Below are positions 1 to 6,907 of a stretch of 6,907 nucleotides of DNA, piece after piece; position 1 is the stretch's first letter, and each line of letters starts with the position of its first letter. Source of the stretch: Octopus sinensis. Taxonomy: Eukaryota. The stretch covers positions 1-6,907 of the forward strand of contig NW_021824091.1 in the NCBI RefSeq assembly GCF_006345805.1. The letters are read 5' to 3'. The position numbers were made by a program, and so were the translations under genes. Below the pieces are notes generated by a model, which saw only the letters and a program-made list of their open reading frames with translations, did no database searches and was not told the origin of the DNA.

Positions 1-3000
1 AGGGGGACAAGGGAAACCGGGGAGGCGACGGGCAAGCCGGCGCCAGAACGGAGGGAGCGGGCGAGCGCGCGCTCGACAAAGGGAACCGGAGGCCAGGCGA
101 ACCGCAAGCCGGAATCCGAGCCCGGAGCGCGGCCCAGCGGGCAGCCAGGGGGCGGGCGGGCGGGGGGCCCCGCGCACCAGGACGAGCGAGAAGGGAAAGG
201 CCCAAGGCAAGGGCAACGCCCGTGCGAGGGCCGCAGCAAGGGCTGAAAAGGGCGCGTGACGACGGGGGGGGTGCGGGGGGCGACGGGTAAGCGGCAGACA
301 GGGGGACGAAAAGGAACCGGGGAGGCGACGGGCCAAGGCCGGCGCCAGAACGGGAGGGAGCGGGCGAGCGCGCGCGCGACAAAAGGAAACCGGAGGCCAG
401 GCGACCGCAAGCCGGAAGCCGAGCGCGGCCCAGCGGGCAGCAGCAGGGGGGGGGCGGGGGGGGGGCCGCCGCGCACCAGGACGAGGCGAGAAGGGAAAGG
501 CCAAGGCAAGGGCAACGCCCGGGCGAGGGCCGCAGCAAGGGCGGAAAAAGGGAGCGGACGAGGGGAGGGGGGGGACGACGGGGCGGCAGACAGGGGGACG
601 AAAAGGGAACCGGGGAGGCGACGGAAGCCGGCGCCAGACGGGAGGGAGCGGGCGAGCGCGCGCGCGACAAAAGGGAACCGGAGGGCCCAGGCGACCGCAA
701 CGGGGAAGCCGAGCGCGCCCAGCGGCGCCCAGCGGCAGGAGCCAGGGGCGGGCGGGGGGGGCGCCGCGCACCAGGACGAGGCGAGAAGGGAAAGGCCCAA
801 GGCAAGGGCAACGCCCGGGCGAGGGCCGCACAAGGGCGGAAAAAGGGAGCGGACGAGGGGAGGCGGGGGGGGACGACGGGGCTGCGGCAGACAGGGGGAC
901 GAAAAGGGACCGGGGAGGCGACGTGCAAGGGCCGGCGCCAGAACGGGAGGGAGCGGGCGAGCGCGCGCGCGACAAAAGGGAACCGGAGGCCAGGCGGACC
1001 CGCAAGCCGAAGCCGAGCGCGGCCCAGCGGGCCCAGCGGGCAGCGGGCGGCGGGGGGGGCCGCCGCGCGCACCAGGACGAGGCGAGAAGGGAAAGGCCCA
1101 AGCAAGGGCAACGCCCGGCGGAGGCCGCAGCAAGGGCGGAAAAAGGGAGCGGACGAGGGGAGGCGGGGGGACGACGGGCGGCAGACAGGGGGACGAAAAG
1201 GGAACCGGGGAGGCGACGGGCAACCGGCGCCAGAACGGGAGGATGGAGCGGCGAGCGAGCGCGCTCGCTACAAAGGGAACCGAGGCCAGGCGACCGCAAG
1301 CCGGAAGCCGAGCGCGGCCCAGCGGCAGCCAGGGGGCGGGCGGGCGGGGGGGCCGCTCGCACCAGGACGAGGCGAGAAGGGAAAGGCCCAAGGCAAGGGC
1401 AACGCCCGGGCGAGGGGCCCGCAGCAAGGGCGGAAAAAGGGAGCGGACTAGGGAGGCGGGGGGACGACGGTGGCGGCAGACAGGGGGACGAAAAGGAACC
1501 GGGGAGGCGACGGTCAAGCCGGCCGCCAGAACGGGAGGAGCGGGCGAGCGCGCGCGCGACAAAAGGGAACCGGAGCCAGGGCGACCCAAGCCGGAAGCCG
1601 ACGCTGCCCAGCGGGCAGCCAGGGGGGGGGCGGGCGGGGGGGGCCGCCGCGCACCAGGACAGGCGAGAAGGGAAAGGCCCAGGCAAGGCAACGCCCGGGC
1701 GGGGGCGCAGCAAGGCGGAAAAAGGAGCGTACGAGGGGAGCGGGGGGGCGCAGGGCGGCAGACAGGGGGACGAAAAGGGAACCGGGGAGGGACGGGCCAC
1801 AAGCGGCGCCAGAACAACGGAGTGAGCGGGCGAGGCGCGCCGCGACAAAGGGAACCGGAGGAGGCCAGGCGACCTCAAGCCGGAAGCCGAGCGCGGCCCA
1901 GCGGGCAGCCAGGGGGGGGGGGGGGCGGGGGCGGGGGGGCCGCCGCGCACCATGACGAGGCGAGAAGGGAAAGGCCCAAGGCAAGGGCAACGCCCGGGCG
2001 AGGGCCGCAGCAAGGGCGGAAAAGGGAGCGGACGAGGGGAGGCGGGGGACGCGACGGGGCGGCAGACAGGGGGACGAAAAGGGAACCGGGGAGGCGACGG
2101 GCAGGACCGGCGCCAGAACGGGGGGAGCGGGCGAGCGCGCGCGCGACAAAAGGGAACCTGAGGGCCAGGCGACCGCAAGCCGGAGCCGAGCGCGGCCCAG
2201 CGCGGCCCAGCGGCGCAGCGGCACAGGGGGGCGGGCGGGGGGCCGCCGCCACCAGGACGAGGCGAGAAGGGAAAGGCCCAAGGCAAGGGCAACGCCCGGG
2301 CGAGGGCCCAGCAAGGGCGGAAAAAGGGACGGACGAGGGGAGGCGGGGGGACGACGAACGGGGGCGGCAGACAGGGGGACGAAAAGGAACCGGGAGCGAC
2401 TGCACCAAGCCGGCGCCAGAACGGGAGGGAGCGTGCGACGCGCGCGCGACAAGTGGAACCGGAGGCCAGGCGACCGCAAGCCGGAAGCCGAGCGCGGCCC
2501 AGCGCGGCGCAGCGGGCAGCCAGGGGCGGGCCGGGGGGCGCCGCGCACCAGGAACGGGCGAGAAGGGAAAGGCCCAGGAAACAAGGCAACGCCGGGCGGG
2601 AGGGCCGCAGCAAGGGCGGAAAAAGGGAGCGGACGAGGGGAGGCGGGGGGGGACTACGGGGGGCGGCAGACATGGGGGACGAAAAGAAACCGGGTAGGCG
2701 ACGGCAACCGCGCCAGAACGGGAGGGAGCGGGCGAGCTCGCGCGCCGACAAAGGGAACCGGAGGCCAGGCGGACCACCGCAAGAAGCCAAGCGCAGCGCG
2801 GCCCAGCGCGCCCAGCGCGCCCAGCTGGGCAGCCAGGGGGGGGCGGGGGGGGGCCGCCGCGCACCAGGACGATGCGAGAAGGAAAGGCCCAAGGCAAGGG
2901 CAACGCCCGGTGCGAGGGCCGCAGCAAGGGCGGAAAAGGGAGCGGACGAGGGGAGAGGCGGGGGGACGACGGGCGGCGGCAACAGGGGGACGGAAAAGGG

Positions 3001-4204
3001 AACCGGGGAGGCGACGGGTCAAGCCGGCGCCAGAACGGGAGGGGCGGGCGAGCGCGCGCGCGACAAAAGGGAACCGGAGGGCCAGCGACGACGCAACCGG
3101 AAGCCGAGCGGCCCAGCGCGGCCCAGCGCGGCGCAGCGGGCAGCCGGGGCGGGCGGGGGGCGCCGCGCACCAGGACGAGGCGAGAAGGGAAAGGCCCAAG
3201 GCAGGGCCAACGCCCGGCGGGAAGGGCCGCAGCAAGGGCGGAAAAAGGGAGCGTACGAGGGGAGAGTCGGGGGACGACGGGGCGGCAGACAGGGGGACGA
3301 AAAGGAACCGGGGAGGCGACGGGCAAGCCGGCGCCAGAACGGAGGGAGCGGGCGAGCGCGCGCGCGACAAAAGGGAACCGGAGCCAGCGAACCGCAAGCC
3401 GGAAGCCTAGCGCGCCCAGCGCGGGCGCAGCGGGCAGCAGGGGCGGGGCGGGGGCCGCCGCGCAACAGGACGAGGCGAGAAGGGAAAGGCCCAAGGCAAG
3501 GGCCAACGCCCGGGCGAGGGCCGCAGCAAGGGCGGAAAGGGAGCGGACGAGGGGAGGCGGGGGGAGACGACGGGCGGCGCAGACAGGGGGGACGAAAGGG
3601 ACCGGGGACGGGCGACCGGCAAGGGGGCGCAGAACGGGAGGGAGCGGGCGAGCCCGCGCGCGACAAAAGGGAACCGGAGCCAGGCGACCGCAAGCCGGAA
3701 GCCGAGCGCGGCCCAGCGCGGCGCGCGGCCCAGCGCGGCGCAGCGTCAAGCCAGGGGGCGGCGGGGGGGGGCCGCCGCGGCACCAGGACGAGGCGATAAG
3801 GGAAAGGCCCAAGGCAAGGGCAACGCCCGGCGAGGCCGCAGCAAGGGCGGAAAAAGGGAGCGGACGACGAGGGGAGGTGGCGGGGGGACGACGGGGCGGC
3901 AGACAGGGGGACAAAAGTGGAACCTGGGAGGCGACGGGCAAGCCGGCGCCAGAACGGGAGGGAGCGGGCGAGCGCGCGCGCGACAAAATGGAACCGAGGC
4001 CAGCGACCGCAAGCCGAAGCCGAGCGCGGCCCACGCGGCCCAGCGGGCAGCCAGCGGGCAGGGGGGCGGGGGGGGCCGCCGCGCACCAGGACGAGGCGAG
4101 AAGGGAAAGGCCCAAGGCAAGGGCAACGCCCGGGCGGAGGCCGCAGCAAGGCGGAAAAAGGGAGCGGACGAGGGGAGGCGGGGGGACGAACGGGGCGGCA
4201 GACA

Positions 4205-4237
4205 GGGGGACGAAAAGGGAACCGGGGAGGCGACGGG
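4205..4237 (+). other. Putative G-quadruplex-forming sequence (G5-N7-G3-N4-G4-N7-G3), recurring at the start of most units
   Basis: GGGGG ACGAAAA GGG AACC GGGG AGGCGAC GGG matches the canonical G3+N1-7 x4 pattern. This is a motif match only; folding is not shown. Confidence 0.6.
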
Positions 4238-4317
4238 CAAGCCGGCGCCAGAACGGGAGGGAGCGGGCGAGCGCGCGCGCGACAAAGGGAACCGGAGGCC
4301 AGGCGACCGCAAGCCGG
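4209..4317 (+). repeat. Intra-monomer diverged direct repeat (sub-repeat A 4209-4245, sub-repeat B 4281-4317), present in every unit
   Basis: A = GACGAAAAGGGAACCGGGGAGGCGACGGGCAAGCCGG and B = GACAAAGGGAACCGGAGGCCAGGCGACCGCAAGCCGG. The blocks AAAGGGAACCGG, AGGCGAC and GCAAGCCGG are shared in the same order, 72 bp apart. Confidence 0.9.
4271..4281. other. Alternating (GC)5G tract, a potential Z-DNA-forming element, once per unit
   Basis: GCGCGCGCGCG at 4271-4281, with equivalents at, for example, 5519-5527 and 6097-6107. It is self-complementary and contains overlapping BssHII (GCGCGC) sites. Confidence 0.55.
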
Positions 4318-4323
4318 AAGCCG

Positions 4324-4365
4324 AGCGCGGCCCAGCGCGGCCCCAGCGCGGCGCAGCGGGCAGCC
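4324..4365 (+). repeat. Nested variable-copy 10-mer (AGCGCGGCCC / CCCAGCGCGG), shown for unit 15; copy number varies between units
   Basis: Unit 15 reads GAGCGCGGCCCAGCGCGGCCCCAGCGCGGCGCAGCGGGCAGCC, whereas unit 19 (from 5569) reads GAGCGCGGCCCAGCGGGCAGCC. The length steps of about 10 and 20 bp account for much of the variation in unit length. Confidence 0.88.
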
Positions 4366-4430
4366 AGGGGCGGGCGGGGGGCCGCCGCGCACCAGGACGA
4401 GGCGAGAAGGGAAAGGCCCAGCAAGGGCAA

Positions 4431-4440
4431 CGCCCGGGCG
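4431..4440. other. Perfect 10-bp palindrome CGCCCGGGCG (contains SrfI GCCCGGGC and SmaI CCCGGG sites), once per consensus unit
   Basis: Read directly at 4431-4440. The GCCCGGGC core is intact in about 15 of the 23 units. Confidence 0.8.
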
Positions 4441-6907
4441 AGGGCCGCAGCAAGGGCGGAAAAAGGGAGCGGACGAGGGGAGGCGGGGGGACGACGGGGC
4501 GGCGGCAGACAGGGGGACGAAAAGGGAACCGGGGAGGCGACGGGCAACGGCAAGCCAGCGCCAGAACGGGAGGGAGCGGGCGAGCGCGCGCGCGACAAAG
4601 GGAACCGGAGGCCAGGCGACCGCAAGCCGGAAGCCGAGCGGCCGGCCCAGCGCGCGCAGCGGGCAGCCAGGGGCGGGCGGGGGGGCCGCCGCGCACCAGA
4701 CAGGCGAGAGGGAAAGGCCCAGTCAAGGCAAAGCAAGGGCAACGCCCGGGCGAGGGCCGCAGCAAGGGCGGAAAAAGGGAGCGGACGAGGGAGGCGGGGG
4801 GACGACGACGGGGCGGCAGACAGGGGACGAAAAGGGAACCGGGGAGGCGACGGGCAAGCCGGCGCCAGAACGGGAGGGAGCGGGCGAGCGCGCGCGCGAC
4901 AAAAGGAACCGGAGGCCAGGCGACCGCAAGCCGGAAGCCGAGCGCGGCCCAGCGCGGCCCCGCGCGGCGCAGCGGCAGCCAGGGGCGGGCGGGGGGGGGG
5001 CGCCCGCACCAGGACGAGGCGAGAAGGAAAGGCCCAAGGCAAGGCAACGCCCGGGCGAGGGCCGCAGCAAGGGCGGAAAAGGGGAGCTGACGAGGGGAAG
5101 GCGGGGGGACGACGGGGCGGCAGACAGGGGGACGGGGGGGAAAAGGGAACCGGGGGCGACGGGCAAGCCGGCGCCAGAACGGGAGGGAGCGGGCGAGCGC
5201 GCGCGCGACAAGGGAACCGGAGGCCAGGCTAACCGCAAGCCGGAGCCAGCCGAGCGCGGCCCAGCGCTGGCCCAGCGCGCGCAGCAGGCACCAGCCAGGG
5301 GGCGGGGGCGGGGGGGCCGCCGCGCACCAGGACGAGGCGAGAAGGGAAAGGCCCAAGGCAAGGGCAACGCCCGGGCGAGGGCCGCAGCAAGGGCGGAAAA
5401 AGGGAGCGGACGAGGGGAGGCGGGGGGGGACGACGGGGCGGCGGCAGACAGGGGGGACGAAAAGGGAACCGGGAGGCGACGGGCAAGCCGGCGCCAGAAC
5501 GGGAGGGAGCGGGCGAGCGCGCGCGCGACAAAAGGGAACCGGAGGCAGGCGACCGCAAGCCGGAAGCCGAGCGCGGCCCAGCGGGCAGCCAGGGGGGGGC
5601 GGGCGGGGGGGCCGCCGCGCACCAGGACGAGGCGAGAAGGGAAAGGCCCAAGGCAAGGGCAACGCCCGGGCGGGGCCGCAGCAAGGGCGGAAAAAGGGAG
5701 CGGACGAGTGGAGGCGGGGGGACGACGACGGCGGCAGACAGGGGACGAAAAGGGAACCGGGAGGCGACGGGCAAGCCGGCGCCAGAACGGGAGGGAGCGG
5801 CGAGCGCGCGCGCGACAAAAGGGAACCGGAGGCCAGGCGACCGCAAGCCGGAAGCCGAGCGCGGCCCAGCGGCAGCCAGGGGGGCGGGCGGGGGGGGGGG
5901 GGGGCCGCCGCGCACCAGGACGAGGCGAGAAGGGAAAGGCCCAAGCAAGGGCAACGCCCGGGCGAGGGCCGCAGCAAGGGCGGAAAAAGGGAGCGGACGA
6001 GGGAGGCGGGGGGACGACGACGGCGGCAGACAGGGGGACGAAAAGGAACCGGGGAGGCGACGGGCAAGCCGCGCCAGAACGGGAGGGAGCGGGCGAGCGC
6101 GCGCGCGACAAAAGGGAACCGAGGCCAGCGACCGCAAGCCGGAAGCCGAGCGCGGCCCAGCGCGGCCCAGCGGCAGCCAGGGGGGGGCGGGCGGGCGGGG
6201 GGGGGGCCGCCGCGCGCACCAGGACGAGGCGAGAAGGGAAAGGCCCAAGGCAAGGGCAACGCCCGGGCGGAGGGCCGCAGCAAGGGCGGAAAAAGGGAGC
6301 GGACGAGTGGAGGCGGGGGGACGGACGGGGCGGCAGACAGGGGACGAAAAGGGAACCGGGGAGGCGACGGGCAAGCCGGCGCCAGAACGGGAGGGAGCGG
6401 GCGAGCGCGCGCGCTCGACAAAGGGAACCGGAGGCCAGGCGACCGCAAGCCGGAAGCCGAGCGCGGCCCAGCGGCAGCCAGGGGGCGGGCGGGGGGGCCG
6501 CCGCGCACCAGGACGAGGCGAGAAGGGAAAGGCCAAGGCAAGGGCAACGCCCGGGCGAGGGCCGCAGCAAGGGCGGAAAAAGGGAGCGGACGAGTGGAGG
6601 CGGGGGGACGACGGGGCGGCAGACAGGGGGACGAAAAGGGAACCGGGGAGGCGACGGGCAAGCCGGCGCCAGAACGGGAGGGAGCGGGCGAGCGCGCGCG
6701 CGACAAAGGGAACCGGAGCCAGGCGACCGCAAGCCGGAAGCCGAGCGCGGCCCAGCGGCAGCCAGGGGGGCGGGCGGGGGGGCGGGGGGCCGCCGCGCAC
6801 CAGGACGAGGCGAGAAGGGAAAGGCCCAAGGCAAGGGCAACGCCCGGCGAGGGCCGCAGCAAGGGCGGAAAAAGGGAGCGGACGAGGGGAGGCGGGGGGA
6901 CGACGGG

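Larger units (their letters stand above)
4204..4510. repeat. Representative monomer (unit 15, long allele, 307 bp, no T)
   Basis: One of the cleanest copies, bounded by the AGGGGGAC anchors at 4204 and 4511. It is used as the coordinate reference for the sub-features below. Confidence 0.95.
1..6907. repeat. GC-rich (~76%) tandem satellite/macro-VNTR array, ~300-bp unit, 22 complete copies plus 1 near-complete copy, all in the same orientation
   Basis: The anchor (CAGAC)AGGGGGAC recurs at 1, 300, 592, 893, 1187, 1482, 1764, 2068, 2373, 2672, 2984, 3291, 3585, 3905, 4204, 4511, 4822, 5126, 5450, 5740, 6032, 6339 and 6625, giving complete units of 282-324 bp. By-eye short-allele consensus: AGGGGGACGAAAAGGGAACCGGGGAGGCGACGGGCAAGCCGGCGCCAGAACGGGAGGGAGCGGGCGAGCGCGCGCGCGACAAAAGGGAACCGGAGGCCAGGCGACCGCAAGCCGGAAGCCGAGCGCGGCCCAGCGGGCAGCCAGGGGGGGCGGGCGGGGGGGCCGCCGCGCACCAGGACGAGGCGAGAAGGGAAAGGCCCAAGGCAAGGGCAACGCCCGGGCGAGGGCCGCAGCAAGGGCGGAAAAAGGGAGCGGACGAGGGGAGGCGGGGGGACGACGGGGCGGCAGAC. 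G-run lengths in it are uncertain. The array runs off both window edges. Confidence 0.98.

Noticed and set aside
4367-4381. Sp1/KLF GC boxes (GGGCGG) as a promoter or CpG-island promoter
   Set aside because: The motif matches are real but expected at 50% G. There is no gene, TATA or Inr element, or other context to support a promoter call.
4539-4742. Small local duplications in unit 16 (GGCAACGGCAAGCC at ~4543; CAGTCAAGGCAAAGCAAGGG at ~4720)
   Set aside because: Each is seen in one unit only and cannot be distinguished from long-read stutter.
2068-5449. Regular higher-order repeat (fixed n-mer of monomers)
   Set aside because: The order of medium and long 10-mer alleles across units 8-18 shows no consistent period that I can support by eye.
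256-6862. Long overlapping ORFs (up to 1055 aa) on both strands as protein-coding genes
   Set aside because: They overlap in all frames, translate the same repeat in shifting frames, and show no recognisable domain. Their stops and the + strand starts derive from non-consensus T bases. Open frames are guaranteed by the T-free/A-free composition.
1-6907. CRISPR array
   Set aside because: There are no unique spacers: the entire ~300-bp unit is repeated, and no cas gene or AT-rich leader is present.
1-6907. Viroid or viroid-like RNA multimer (unit size 250-400 nt, GC-rich, GGGAACC-like motifs)
   Set aside because: With no U and G about twice C, the unit cannot form the largely self-complementary rod of viroids. 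I see no hammerhead core or pospiviroid central conserved region, both of which need U.
1-6907. Telomeric or degenerate TTAGGG-type repeat suggested by the AAGGG motifs
   Set aside because: AAGGG occurs only about six times per 300 bp, irregularly spaced, and there is no short-period telomeric register.
1-6907. Transposon, LTR array or rRNA/tRNA genes
   Set aside because: There are no terminal inverted repeats, TG...CA ends, target-site duplications or transposase/RT coding sequence, and no rRNA or tRNA motifs. A U-free strand cannot encode them.

Overview
The whole 6907-bp window is one head-to-tail tandem array, with no unique sequence, gene or array boundary. It holds 22 complete copies and one nearly complete copy of a ~290-320 bp unit (mean ~301 bp). 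The short-allele consensus I built by eye is ~290 bp, about 50% G, 26% C, 24% A and 0% T on the + strand. I counted only about 50 T in the window, almost all at consensus-G positions. A T-free + strand (A-free - strand) cannot contain a stop codon in any of the six frames, so the long ORFs in the track are a compositional consequence and are not called as genes. The unit has internal structure: a diverged ~37-bp internal duplication, a variable-copy 10-mer (CCCAGCGCGG) with a variant confined to the central units, a G-tract cluster fitting the G-quadruplex pattern, a (GC)5 tract and a 10-bp palindrome. Frequent homopolymer indels suggest a raw or low-coverage long-read sequence. I do not recognise the repeat family or the source organism.
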